Shown here in pieces: positions 18,272 through 27,742 of a stretch of 51,217 nucleotides of DNA. The position numbers and the translations under genes were made by a program. The notes beneath the pieces are model-generated. The model searched no databases, was not told the origin of the DNA, and saw nothing but the letters and a program-made list of their open reading frames with translations. Source of the DNA: an uncultured Bacillota bacterium. GTDB taxonomy: Bacteria; Bacillota_I; Bacilli_A; RF39; UBA660. Position 1 is the stretch's first letter, and every line of letters starts with the position of its first letter. The DNA is taken from assembly GCA_937926935.1 (NCBI GenBank), contig CALBBI010000057.1, forward strand, positions 1 to 51,217, given 5' to 3'.

Positions 18272-19651
18272 TTATTTATCAATAATAATCGTTATTTTGT
18301 GTTCTAAAGGTTCGTCAGTTTCATTGTAACTTATTCTAATTCCTTGATTTTGGAGTTTAGTTATAGTTTCTTTTATCGTGGTAATGGAATTATTTAGTGA
18401 ACTTGAAACTTGGTTAATTGGTTCAAGTGATTCCACCATACTCATGGGGTCAAATAATTCTTCTTGTTTAGGTGTTGATTCTTGGTATGCTGGAGTAGTA
18501 TTATTTGGTTCCGGAGTGAAGAAACGATTATTTGGGTTTAATTCAATTGGGGTTTCGAAAGTATTAAAATCAGGAGCTGGGGTTGCAATGGTTTCTTCTT
18601 GTTTTGGAGTTGGGTCAAAGATTTCAATATCTTTTTTAGGTTGTTGTTCTGGTGTAGTTAAAGTATCGAAAGAAGTTGGAGTATCAAAGTTGAAATTTAA
18701 CTCAGGAGCACTATTCATATTAAAAGTATTTTCAGCAGAGAAGGCATTGTTCCCATTAACATTAGCCGGAGTACTTTCTAAGGTATTAAAGAATTTATTG
18801 ACTGGACTTTGGTTGTCTTCAGTAGGCATGTTAGACATTATATCCATGCTATTTGGAACATTAATTGTTGTCATATTGCTAGGATTTTGAGGTAGGGAAC
18901 TACTATAGTCAGTTAGAACATCTTCTGGTACCATCATATTCGCCACATTTCTATTTTTATTTGGATTGATATCTACAGCTTTATCTTTGATTTCTTCAAC
19001 GTTTGGATTGATATCTACTAAAGGAATTTCTTTATTAGTAGTGTTTTTCTTTAGAACTTGTTTTAGTTCTTGGTCTAGTTGTCTTACAGTCATACGGTCA
19101 GTTATAATGCGGTTAAGCCATTCTTTTTGGGCAGTTTTACTATCTAGTGATAGAAGGGCACGGGCATGACGTTCGCTTATTCTTCCTTCTAAAAGAGCTT
19201 GTTGGACTTCATCATCAAGATTTAGAAGACGGAGTTTATTGGCAATAGCAGATTGTGAGATACCCATTTTTTTAGCTAGTTGTTCTTGAGTTAGATAGCC
19301 TTTATCAAGAAGATTTTTGTAGCTTCTAGCTTCTTCAATTGGGGTTAGATCTCTTCGTTGGATATTTTCAACTAATGCTACTTCGGCACTGGAGTTATCG
19401 TCAATATTAGAAATTACAGCAGGAACTGTAGTGAGGCCAGCCATTTGGGATGCTTTATATCTTCTTTCGCCAGCGATTATTTCATATTTACTGCCAAGTT
19501 TGCGTAATACTAAGGGTTGAATTATCCCATGTTCTTTTATAGACGCCGCTAGTTCTTTTAGACCTTGATCGTCGAAAGAAAGTCGTGGTTGAAACCTATT
19601 TGGGATTATATCGTCGATATTTACCTGTACTATTTGTGATTCCATTTGCAT
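18272..19651 (-). CDS. noc: ParB-family CTP-dependent DNA-binding protein, Noc-like, with a roughly 200-aa low-complexity insertion
   Basis: ParB N-domain (IPNRFQPR, GIIQPLVLR, IIAGERRYKA). HTH LTQEQLAKKMGISQSAIANKLRLLNL...ISERHARALL. Residues at the ParB/Noc specificity positions read Q-K-N-R. It lies immediately downstream of rsmG, as B. subtilis noc does. Residues about 205-415 are N/P/T/F-rich. The last 40 aa (ITTIKETITKLQNQGIRISYNETDEPLEHKITIIIDK) look like the C-terminal dimerisation domain. An in-frame TGA 9 nt upstream of the ATG fixes the N-terminus. Confidence 0.75.
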   Translation of the reverse strand: MQMESQIVQVNIDDIIPNRFQPRLSFDDQGLKELAASIKEHGIIQPLVLRKLGSKYEIIAGERRYKASQMAGLTTVPAVISNIDDNSSAEVALVENIQRRDLTPIEEARSYKNLLDKGYLTQEQLAKKMGISQSAIANKLRLLNLDDEVQQALLEGRISERHARALLSLDSKTAQKEWLNRIITDRMTVRQLDQELKQVLKKNTTNKEIPLVDINPNVEEIKDKAVDINPNKNRNVANMMVPEDVLTDYSSSLPQNPSNMTTINVPNSMDIMSNMPTEDNQSPVNKFFNTLESTPANVNGNNAFSAENTFNMNSAPELNFNFDTPTSFDTLTTPEQQPKKDIEIFDPTPKQEETIATPAPDFNTFETPIELNPNNRFFTPEPNNTTPAYQESTPKQEELFDPMSMVESLEPINQVSSSLNNSITTIKETITKLQNQGIRISYNETDEPLEHKITIIIDK

Positions 19652-19687
19652 TATAAATCAGCCCCTTTATCATACTTATCTATATTA

Positions 19688-19716
19688 ATAATACTCTATA
19701 TTGAATTTTTTTGCAA
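19688..19716 (-). promoter_or_regulatory. sigma-A-like promoter candidate for the noc-like gene
   Basis: Minus strand reads TTGCAA-17 nt-TATTAT (-35 at 19711..19716, -10 at 19688..19693). Confidence 0.4.
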
Positions 19717-19840
19717 CCATAATTTTTTTACTTAAAGATATTTTAAAATGATAGATTTTGGTATTATATGAAGAGTTATTTTTATATTTTAATTATAATA
19801 ATAGTTTTATTTTTTATAGAATTTAAAAAGTAAGTAACCA

Positions 19841-20557
19841 CTATTTTGTTAGGAGATTACTTACTTCTTTTTTTATTTGATTATATTGTCTTGGAAATTT
19901 ATGATTGGTTGGTTTGAATTTTTCTATTTTTATTAATGTTCTTTTAGAATGTTCATGAGGTAATTCAAATTCATTGATATTAATTATTTTACTGTCTAAC
20001 TTAGATAAGATAGTAGTGCTGGCAGCGATTTCTTCTAAGGCATTTGATTTCATAGCAATAAAATAACCGTTTACTTTTAAGTAAGGAATTGCAAGTTCAC
20101 AAAGGATAGGAAGGGATGCTACAGCACGAGTTACAACGACATCAAATTTTTCACGGTTGTCAGTAATAAATTCTTCGGCACGACCATGAATAAGAGTAAC
20201 CTCTAAATTTAATTTATTTTTTAAACTTTCTAAAAAGGTTAGTTTTTTGTTGTTGGAATCAAGCAAAGTAACATTAAGATTAGGATAGCATATTTTTAAA
20301 ACCATACCTGGAAATCCTGCACCAGTACCTATGTCTAAAAGAGTATCAACTTTGGTTAAATCTATTTCTTTAATAATTGTTAAAGAATCATAAAAATGTT
20401 TTAAATAAACATCTGGCTCATTAACAATAGTTGTTAGATTAGTTGTTTTATTATATTCTTCTAAGAATGATTGGTATATTTCTAAGTTTTTTTGTTGTTG
20501 GGATGTTAGATTTAAACCTAGGTTTGATACAGCATTTATAAATTCTTCTTTATTCAT
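19841..20557 (-). CDS. rsmG: 16S rRNA (guanine527-N7)-methyltransferase
   Basis: GidB family; SAM motif LLDIGTGAGFPGMVLKI. Overlaps the mnmG stop. Confidence 0.95.
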   Translation of the reverse strand: MNKEEFINAVSNLGLNLTSQQQKNLEIYQSFLEEYNKTTNLTTIVNEPDVYLKHFYDSLTIIKEIDLTKVDTLLDIGTGAGFPGMVLKICYPNLNVTLLDSNNKKLTFLESLKNKLNLEVTLIHGRAEEFITDNREKFDVVVTRAVASLPILCELAIPYLKVNGYFIAMKSNALEEIAASTTILSKLDSKIININEFELPHEHSKRTLIKIEKFKPTNHKFPRQYNQIKKEVSNLLTK

Positions 20558-22415
20558 GAGGATATTCCTTTCTTAAATAGATAGTAAGAATGGAAATATC
20601 GGCTGGGTTAACACCAGAAATACGGGTAGCCTGGCCAATGGTAGCCGGACGAATTTTTTCTAATTTTTGACGGGCTTCGCTAGCTAAGTTTGTTACTTTA
20701 GAATAATCTATATCTTTAGGTATTTGTTTAGATTCTAACTTCAACATTTTTTCGATTTCCTTATTAGTTTTAACGATATATCCTTCGTACTTAGTAGATA
20801 TTTCAACTTGTTCTAAAACAGCTTCAGGGTAGTTAAAATCTAATAGTTTATTAATAAATTGAATAGATGTTCCTGGACGTTTTAATAATTGATAGAAGGA
20901 TGTTGAAATACTTGGTACTTCAATGTTGTTTTCTTGAAATATTTTTTTAGTTTCGTCGTTTAATTTTAATTTATTATCTTGTAAAATCTTAGTTAATTCT
21001 TGAATTTGGTGCTTTTTTAGATTTAAATTATCGTATTGTTCTTGAGAAATGGTTCCTGCTTTGTACGCTATGTCTCTTAATCTTAAGTCAGCGTTGTCAT
21101 GACGAAGAATTAATCTAAATTCGGCACGACTAGTTAACATACGATAAGGTTCTTGAGTTCCCTTAGTTACTAAATCATCTATTAAAACGCCAATGTAAGC
21201 TTCATTTCTTTTTAATATTAATGGGTCTTTTTGTTCTAATTTTAAGGCTGCATTAATACCAGCAATTATACCTTGACCGGCAGCTTCTTCATAACCACTA
21301 GTGCCATTTATTTGGCCAGCCGTAAATAAGCCAGATAGAACTTTAGATTCTAGAGAAGGCTTGATTTGAAGTGGGTCAATAGCATCGTATTCAATAGCGT
21401 AAGCATATTTGCTTATTTTAGCATGTTCAAGGCCAGGTAGGGAATGAACCATTTGTTCTTGGATATCATGAGGCATCGAAGTTGAGAAACCTTGTAGATA
21501 CCAATCGTCATAATATAGAGATTCTGGCTCTAAGAAAAGTTGGTGGCGATCTTTATCATGGAAACGGACGATTTTATCTTCAATTGAAGGGCAATATCTT
21601 GGACCAATACCTTCAACGTATCCACCATACATACTTGATTTATCTAAATTATCTTCAATGATTTTTTTAGTTTCTAAGGTTGTATAGATTAGATAACATT
21701 TTTGTTGTTCGTTTATTTTATATTGAGGAGGGAAATCATGAGAGAATGTCCAATAGGTATCGTCGCCAGTTTCTGGTTTCATTTTTGAAAAATCAATTGA
21801 GGAAGCCGCTATTCTTTGAGGAGTTCCGGTCTTTAAACGTTGAATATGAAGACCATTTTTCTTTAAATTATCGCTTAGATAGTTACTTCTTCTTTCACCA
21901 TGAGGACCACCAGGGTGTTTTTCGGCACCGCATAAAATGCTTCCTTTAAGATAAGTACCAGTTGTTAAAATTAGACATTGGCACATTATTTTTTCACCAT
22001 TTTCAAGGATAATTCCCTTAATTACGTTGTCTTCAACTATAATATCTTCAACCATACCTTCAATGATATCAAGATTATCTAGCTTTTTTAGTTCTTGAAG
22101 CATATTTTTAGGGTAGGTTATTTTATCAGCTTGAGCACGGAGAGACCTTACAGCAGGACCTTTACCACTATTTAGCATTTTGATTTGAAAATGGGAGCGG
22201 TCGGCAACACGACCCATTAAACCACCTAAAGCATCGATTTCACGAACTATTATTCCTTTAGCAGTACCTCCTATTGAAGGATTACAAGGCATATCTGCAA
22301 TATTTTTGATATTCATAGTTACTAAGGCAGTTTTATGGCCTTTATAGGCTGCAATGTGAGATGCTTCACAACCAGCATGACCGCCACCTACAACAATTAT
22401 TTCATAATTTTTCAT
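20550..22415 (-). CDS. mnmG: tRNA uridine 5-carboxymethylaminomethyl modification enzyme MnmG (GidA)
   Basis: 621 aa. FAD motif IVVGGGHAGCEAS. Canonical mnmE-mnmG-rsmG order. Confidence 0.95.
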   Translation of the reverse strand: MKNYEIIVVGGGHAGCEASHIAAYKGHKTALVTMNIKNIADMPCNPSIGGTAKGIIVREIDALGGLMGRVADRSHFQIKMLNSGKGPAVRSLRAQADKITYPKNMLQELKKLDNLDIIEGMVEDIIVEDNVIKGIILENGEKIMCQCLILTTGTYLKGSILCGAEKHPGGPHGERRSNYLSDNLKKNGLHIQRLKTGTPQRIAASSIDFSKMKPETGDDTYWTFSHDFPPQYKINEQQKCYLIYTTLETKKIIEDNLDKSSMYGGYVEGIGPRYCPSIEDKIVRFHDKDRHQLFLEPESLYYDDWYLQGFSTSMPHDIQEQMVHSLPGLEHAKISKYAYAIEYDAIDPLQIKPSLESKVLSGLFTAGQINGTSGYEEAAGQGIIAGINAALKLEQKDPLILKRNEAYIGVLIDDLVTKGTQEPYRMLTSRAEFRLILRHDNADLRLRDIAYKAGTISQEQYDNLNLKKHQIQELTKILQDNKLKLNDETKKIFQENNIEVPSISTSFYQLLKRPGTSIQFINKLLDFNYPEAVLEQVEISTKYEGYIVKTNKEIEKMLKLESKQIPKDIDYSKVTNLASEARQKLEKIRPATIGQATRISGVNPADISILTIYLRKEYPHE

Positions 22416-22423
22416 ATTATCAC

Positions 22424-23773
22424 TTACTTTCCTAAACAGAAATTAGAGAATAATTCATCTAACAATTCGTCTTTATACGTAGCACCAATTATTTCACCTA
22501 AAGTATCACAAGCAGCACGGATATTTATTTCTATCATATCGACTGGGACTTCGGTTTCTATATCTTCTAAGGCTTGGTCAATATTGGATATGGTGTTTTT
22601 GATTAAGGCGTTTTGACGAGCGTTTGTTAAATAAGTTGCGTCTTTAACTTCAATCTTTTCTAAATTAAAATATTCGATTATTTTTTGTTTTAAATCTTTT
22701 ATTCCTTCTAAAGATAGGGTGTTACCTTGAACAACATTTGGCATTTGTTCTAAATCTAACTTCGTTTCTAAATCATTTTTATTAATAAATATTATACTTG
22801 GTTTGGTTTTGATTAATTCAAGGAGCTCTTTATCTTCATTAGTTAAAGGTTCATTGTTATTTAAAATTAAGATGTTTAAATCAGCCTTGGATATCATTTG
22901 TTTACTTTTTTCAACGCCAATTTTTTCAACTACATCAGTAGTATTACGAATACCGGCAGTATCGATAAAGTTAATTTTGATACCATTTATAATAGTTTGG
23001 CCTTCGACTATGTCACGAGTTGTACCAGCAATGTTTGTAACAATGGCTTTTTCTTCTTCTAAAAAAAGATTTAAAAGGCTTGATTTACCAACGTTTGGAC
23101 GGCCAATTAGGGCAATGTCGATACCATCTTTGATTATTTTGGCATTTTTGGACTCTTCTAAAAGTTTGGATAGTTTATTTTTGATAGGCACTAATTTTTC
23201 TTTTAAAAGCGGAATAGTTATATTTTCAGCGTCTTCGTATTCTGGATAATCGATGTTTACTTCGATATTCGCCATTAAGTTAACCATGGTTTTACGAGTC
23301 TCGGTAATTAACTTCTTTAAAGAACCGGTTAATTGGTTCATTGATAAGTTTAAAGATTTATCTGTCGTTGAGGTTATGATATCTTCAACGGCTTCAGCTT
23401 GGGTTAAATCAATGCGGCCATTTAAAAAAGCCCGTTTAGTAAATTCTCCTGGCTCGGCAAGGCGAGCGCCATTGGTTAAACAAAGTTCTAAAACTTTATT
23501 AGTGGTTGCTATACCACCATGCGTATTAATTTCTACAACATCTTCTGTAGTATAAGTTTTTGGAGCACGCATGATACTTACTAAAACTTCGTCAATAATA
23601 GTATCATTTTCTTTAATATAGCCATAATTTATGGTATGACTATCTACTTTAGTTAAGTCTTTTCCTTTAAATATTTTATTAACAATCTCAATTGCCTTAG
23701 GGCCACTTAGTCTTATAATGGCAATAGCTCCTACACCGAGGGATGTTGAGATAGATACAATAGTGTCGTCCAT
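22424..23773 (-). CDS. mnmE: tRNA modification GTPase MnmE (TrmE)
   Basis: G-domain GRPNVGKSSLLN, DTAGIR, NKND. C-terminal CLGK. Confidence 0.95.
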   Translation of the reverse strand: MDDTIVSISTSLGVGAIAIIRLSGPKAIEIVNKIFKGKDLTKVDSHTINYGYIKENDTIIDEVLVSIMRAPKTYTTEDVVEINTHGGIATTNKVLELCLTNGARLAEPGEFTKRAFLNGRIDLTQAEAVEDIITSTTDKSLNLSMNQLTGSLKKLITETRKTMVNLMANIEVNIDYPEYEDAENITIPLLKEKLVPIKNKLSKLLEESKNAKIIKDGIDIALIGRPNVGKSSLLNLFLEEEKAIVTNIAGTTRDIVEGQTIINGIKINFIDTAGIRNTTDVVEKIGVEKSKQMISKADLNILILNNNEPLTNEDKELLELIKTKPSIIFINKNDLETKLDLEQMPNVVQGNTLSLEGIKDLKQKIIEYFNLEKIEVKDATYLTNARQNALIKNTISNIDQALEDIETEVPVDMIEINIRAACDTLGEIIGATYKDELLDELFSNFCLGK

Positions 23774-23838
23774 GATTATCCGTCCTTTCCGTCGTATTAT
23801 ATCACATTTTGCAAAAAATAAACAAAAAAAAGAAGAAC

Positions 23839-24450
23839 TTAATCTTCCTTGATTTTGACAACGATATGTCTATTAGGTTCTTCGCCTTCACTGAATGTCG
23901 TGATATTTTTAAAATTAGCTAGAGTATTATGGACAATTCTTCTTTCATAGGAGTTCATGTTGTCCATAATAACAGGCTGTTTTGTTTTAGTTACTTCTCG
24001 TGCTATTTGTTTAGCTAGTTTTTCTAAATGATTTTCACATTTTTCTTTGTAGTTTTCAACGTCTAATAATATATAAGGATAAACGCCAATTATATTAAAG
24101 ATGTGTTGTCTTATTATTTGTTGAAGAGCATTTAGAGTTTGACCATTACGACCGATTAAAATATTATTTTGATTAGAAAACATTTTAATAGTTATTTGTT
24201 CACCACGAATTTTGGTTTCAAATGTTGTTTCTAAACCCATTTTAGTTAATAATTCGCTTAAATAATTCTTAATTTCTGCAGCAACATCAGTTATTTTATA
24301 AACATCTAAAGTATATGATTGACCTTTAAATAAAGATCCTTTATCTTCCGTTACTTTGATTAAACATTCATTTTCTTCTAAATTTAACTCTTGATAAGCA
24401 TTGGTTTTTAGTTCATCTAAATTTTTACCAGTATACGTATATTTTTCCAT
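23839..24450 (-). CDS. khpB: Jag/KhpB RNA-binding protein (KH + R3H domains)
   Basis: Jag_N-like N-terminus, KH segment, and R3H motif (YERRIVHNTLANF). Downstream of yidC. Confidence 0.85.
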   Translation of the reverse strand: MEKYTYTGKNLDELKTNAYQELNLEENECLIKVTEDKGSLFKGQSYTLDVYKITDVAAEIKNYLSELLTKMGLETTFETKIRGEQITIKMFSNQNNILIGRNGQTLNALQQIIRQHIFNIIGVYPYILLDVENYKEKCENHLEKLAKQIAREVTKTKQPVIMDNMNSYERRIVHNTLANFKNITTFSEGEEPNRHIVVKIKED

Positions 24451-25391
24451 TATTTACCTACTTTCATAAGCTTTTTAACAATTAGATTTTGAATTATAGC
24501 AAAGACATTATTTACTACCCAATATAATGCTAAGGCAGTTGGCAAGCTTAGGGAAGCGAATGATATCATGATTATCATGAATGTGCTCATCATTTTCATT
24601 TGGCGTTCAGCTTCGGTCGAACCAGCACTTTGCATACTAAATTTAAATGTTACATAGGTACTACCAATAATTAATAAAAGTAAGATTATATAAATGTAAT
24701 TACCATGAGCGAAACCAGTCATTGGGGTCATACCTAAATTCATATTAAATAGAGTTCCTTCAAAAATTGCTGGTACACGGTTGATGGCTTCTAAGAAAGC
24801 AAAGAATATTGGTAACTGAATAAATGAAGTAAGGCAACCACTAACAGGATTAATGTTATATTTTTTATAAATCATCATTGTTTCTTGACTCTTAGCCATT
24901 AATGATTCATTATCAGTTTTATTAGCATATTTTTTTTCAAGACGATTAATTTCCGGTTGAGCTTTTTTCATATTTTCAGTTTGAGCCATAGATTTTTTGG
25001 TTAATGGTATCATAATAGCTCTTATTAAAACACTTATAAGCATTACAGCGACACCATAGTTTTTAACTAATTCTCCAACTTTTAGAATTATCCAAGCTAG
25101 AGGTTTAACAAAAAAGCTTTCCCATAAACTAACATATTTAATGTCTGTTACACTAAAATTGTTACAATCTGGTAATTCGTCTAATTTGTTAGTTAGTTTA
25201 TCTTCGTTTTCCTTATATATATTATATAGGTCCTCAGTTACTGGTTTACATAGTATGTTTGCAGTAAGCGTTTGACCAGTTGCTTCATAGATTACAGATT
25301 TGTTACCATCTTTAACATATTTAGTACAACCTGTGGATAACATTACTAAAATCGCTAGTAAAAATATTTTTATTTTATTATTTTTTTTCAT
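24450..25391 (-). CDS. yidC: membrane protein insertase YidC/SpoIIIJ (probable lipoprotein)
   Basis: Signal peptide ending LSTGC. 60-kDa IMP core (PLTKKSMAQTENMKKAQPEINRLEKKY, NPVSGCL..IQLPIFFA). Confidence 0.9.
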   Translation of the reverse strand: MKKNNKIKIFLLAILVMLSTGCTKYVKDGNKSVIYEATGQTLTANILCKPVTEDLYNIYKENEDKLTNKLDELPDCNNFSVTDIKYVSLWESFFVKPLAWIILKVGELVKNYGVAVMLISVLIRAIMIPLTKKSMAQTENMKKAQPEINRLEKKYANKTDNESLMAKSQETMMIYKKYNINPVSGCLTSFIQLPIFFAFLEAINRVPAIFEGTLFNMNLGMTPMTGFAHGNYIYIILLLLIIGSTYVTFKFSMQSAGSTEAERQMKMMSTFMIIMISFASLSLPTALALYWVVNNVFAIIQNLIVKKLMKVGK

Positions 25392-25729
25392 TTTATCTCC
25401 TTTATTAGACTTGATAAGGCCTCATTTAATTCACTAAACTTAGCCTCTTTGGAAGTCCTTTTAATCATTATAATATAATTATGGTTATTTGGAAATAATA
25501 TTTTGTTGTTATCAATTATATTTCTAACGCGTCGTTTCATTAAATTGCGGTTAACAGCATCTCCCAAGGCTTTGCCGACAGCTATACCAAATTTTGGTTT
25601 TAAAATGGTATTATCAGGTTTAGAAACGTAGATAACAAAATATTTATTTTTATAAAAATGTTTATAATTTATTATACTTTGAAAGTCTTTTGATTTTTTG
25701 ACCATTTCTGTTCTTTTCATAAAATTCAC
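25388..25729 (-). CDS. rnpA: ribonuclease P protein component
   Basis: 113 aa, basic, RNR-like motif AVNRNLMKRRVRNI. Lies between rpmH and yidC. Confidence 0.9.
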   Translation of the reverse strand: MNFMKRTEMVKKSKDFQSIINYKHFYKNKYFVIYVSKPDNTILKPKFGIAVGKALGDAVNRNLMKRRVRNIIDNNKILFPNNHNYIIMIKRTSKEAKFSELNEALSSLIKEIK

Positions 25730-25757
25730 CTAATTAGAAAAAAACCACTTTTTGTGG

Positions 25758-25881
25758 TTTATTTGCATAATACTTTACGTCCTTTTTTTCTTCTTGATTT
25801 AAGAATATTGCTTTCTTTTCTAGCAAAGAAGCCATGTTTTTTTGATTTTTTACGATTGTTTGGTTGAAAAGTTCTCTTCAT
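25758..25881 (-). CDS. rpmH: 50S ribosomal protein L34, reading frame interrupted (a +1 shift at CUU-UAA-A is needed to reach the conserved C-terminus)
   Basis: Own translation. ATG at 25881 gives [27 protein letters not shown], then TAA at 25800..25798. The +1 frame continues [13 protein letters not shown] to TAA at 25760..25758. AGGAGG SD upstream. Too short for the ORF track. Confidence 0.75.
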
Positions 25882-25989
25882 AGTTTGCACCTCCTAAACT
25901 TAAATAGCAACGTTATTATAATATTAAATTAGCTTAAAAGTCAAGGAAAATATTGGATATAGTGTAAGGATGTGTCGATTTAGAAAAAT

Positions 25990-26289
25990 TTATCAACAAT
26001 AAAATGAAAACAACCTGTGGATAACTTTTTAGTTGTGCACAACTTTTACTCCAAAAATGGGTGATTTTTAAAGTTATCCACAATATCCACAGGCATTTTT
26101 TTGGCGTACTTCAGCCAAAAAATGTACTAAATATTAGTTATCCACAGGGGCTGTGGATAACTTTTGGTAATTTGTCCACATTGTTGATAAGTAAATTGTG
26201 GATAATGTGGATAAGTCATTAAAGATAAGTATACACCGAGAAAAAAATGTGGATAAAATGTGGATAACATGTGAATTTCTTGTGAATAA
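25990..26289. promoter_or_regulatory. oriC part 1: DnaA-box cluster upstream of dnaA
   Basis: Perfect TTATCCACA/TGTGGATAA boxes at 26016, 26074, 26138, 26152, 26197, 26206, 26248 and 26259 (start coordinates). One-mismatch boxes at 25990, 26083, 26172, 26182 and 26281. Confidence 0.9.
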
Positions 26290-26333
26290 CTAAAAAAAAC
26301 TTCCCAAAATTTAAAAAATAGAGTACAATACTG

Positions 26334-27728
26334 GTGATAGATTTGGTTAGCGGGGTGATGATTTTGGACAATCAGGATTTATGGAGCAAATTTCTATCAT
26401 TGCTACAACAAAAAATAAATCCAATCACATTTAATACATGGTTTAAACCATTAAAATTACATGAAATAGATACTTTAAAGAACAAAATCGTCATTCAAGT
26501 ACCAATGGCAGTCCATAAAAAAGTGCTAGAAACTAGCTGGTATCAGCTTTTGGAAGATGCTTTGACTGAATTAACTAACGTTACTTATGAGATTTCTTTT
26601 GTTCTAGAAGATGAGACTGTGGATAACTTTGAAATTGTCAACAACCAGACTCCTGAAGTTAAAAAAACTAGTAATAAAGAATTCATAACGAATTTAAAAA
26701 AAGAGTTTACTTTTGATAACTATGTTACTGGAGATACTAACAAATTTGCCAAAACTGCGGCGATTGCAGTGGCACAACAACCAGGTAAAATATATAATCC
26801 ATTGTTTATTTATGGTAAAAGTGGGCTAGGAAAAACCCACTTAATGCACGCAATAGGTAATTATATAGTAGAAAATAGTAATTTAAGAGTTTTATACACA
26901 ACTAGTGAGAATTTTAAGGATGATTATACGAGTATTGCCAGTACTAACGGGGCAGAATCGTCATTTGAAAGAGCTGATTATTTTAAAAATAAATATCGAG
27001 ATGTGGATGTTTTGTTGATAGACGATATCCAATTCTTAGTAGGAGCTGAAAAAACACAGCAAGGGTTCTTTCATACATTTAATGAACTACACAGTCACAA
27101 TAAGCAAATTATAATTACATCTGATAGGTCGCCAGAAGATTTAAAATTACTAGAGGAGCGTCTTCGAAGCAGGTTTGCATGGGGACTTCCCGTAGATATT
27201 TATCCACCGGATTTAGACCTAAGAGTAAGGATAATTAAAGATAAAATAAAGTATCTTAGTGTTGCAAAAATGATAAGTGATGATGTAATTATGTACATTG
27301 CGAACTCATGCGATACGGATGTAAGAGAAATTGAAGGGGCAATCAATAGACTAGCAGCTTATGTGGCTGTTTATACCCCAACAAAGATAGATTTAGATTT
27401 TGCCCAAGAGGCTTTAGGGGATTATATAAGTAAAAATATTTATTCAAATAACGATATTTCCATGGTTCAAAAGGCCGTTGCGGACTATTATGGATTTACA
27501 ATTGATGTTCTAAAAGGAAAGAAAAAGTCCAAGAACATTGCGTATCCTAGAATGCTTGCGATGTACTTAGCTAGAATGCTTACCGATGAGTCATTTCCAA
27601 GAATTGGCCTAGAATTTGGAGGTAGAGATCATTCTACCGTAATTCATGCTGTGGATAAAATCACAGAAGACCTTAAAGATAATAAAAAATTACAAGAAAT
27701 TGTTAATGAAATTAAAGCAAAAATCTAA
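26334..27728 (+). CDS. dnaA: chromosomal replication initiator protein DnaA
   Basis: AAA+ Walker A GKSGLGKTHL, Walker B LLIDDIQF, C-terminal DNA-binding signature (FGGRDHSTVIHA). The true start is uncertain: GTG 26334, ATG 26358, or TTG 26364 (4 nt after GGGGTGAT). Confidence 0.95.
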   Translation: MIDLVSGVMILDNQDLWSKFLSLLQQKINPITFNTWFKPLKLHEIDTLKNKIVIQVPMAVHKKVLETSWYQLLEDALTELTNVTYEISFVLEDETVDNFEIVNNQTPEVKKTSNKEFITNLKKEFTFDNYVTGDTNKFAKTAAIAVAQQPGKIYNPLFIYGKSGLGKTHLMHAIGNYIVENSNLRVLYTTSENFKDDYTSIASTNGAESSFERADYFKNKYRDVDVLLIDDIQFLVGAEKTQQGFFHTFNELHSHNKQIIITSDRSPEDLKLLEERLRSRFAWGLPVDIYPPDLDLRVRIIKDKIKYLSVAKMISDDVIMYIANSCDTDVREIEGAINRLAAYVAVYTPTKIDLDFAQEALGDYISKNIYSNNDISMVQKAVADYYGFTIDVLKGKKKSKNIAYPRMLAMYLARMLTDESFPRIGLEFGGRDHSTVIHAVDKITEDLKDNKKLQEIVNEIKAKI

Positions 27729-27742
27729 ACATGTGAATGGAT

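Noticed and set aside
18378-19169. 170-aa and 67-aa plus-strand ORFs.
   Set aside because: They are antisense to the low-complexity part of the noc-like gene. They have no SD and biased composition typical of shadow ORFs.
21680-23555. Plus-strand ORFs at 21680..21949, 22335..22616, 22803..23249 and 23253..23555.
   Set aside because: They are antisense to mnmG and mnmE, with no family resemblance.
25761-25835. An internal ATG-initiated 25-aa ORF ([25 protein letters not shown]) as an independent gene.
   Set aside because: It has no SD, and its C-terminus is clearly the L34 tail. It is better explained as the downstream frame of a shifted rpmH.
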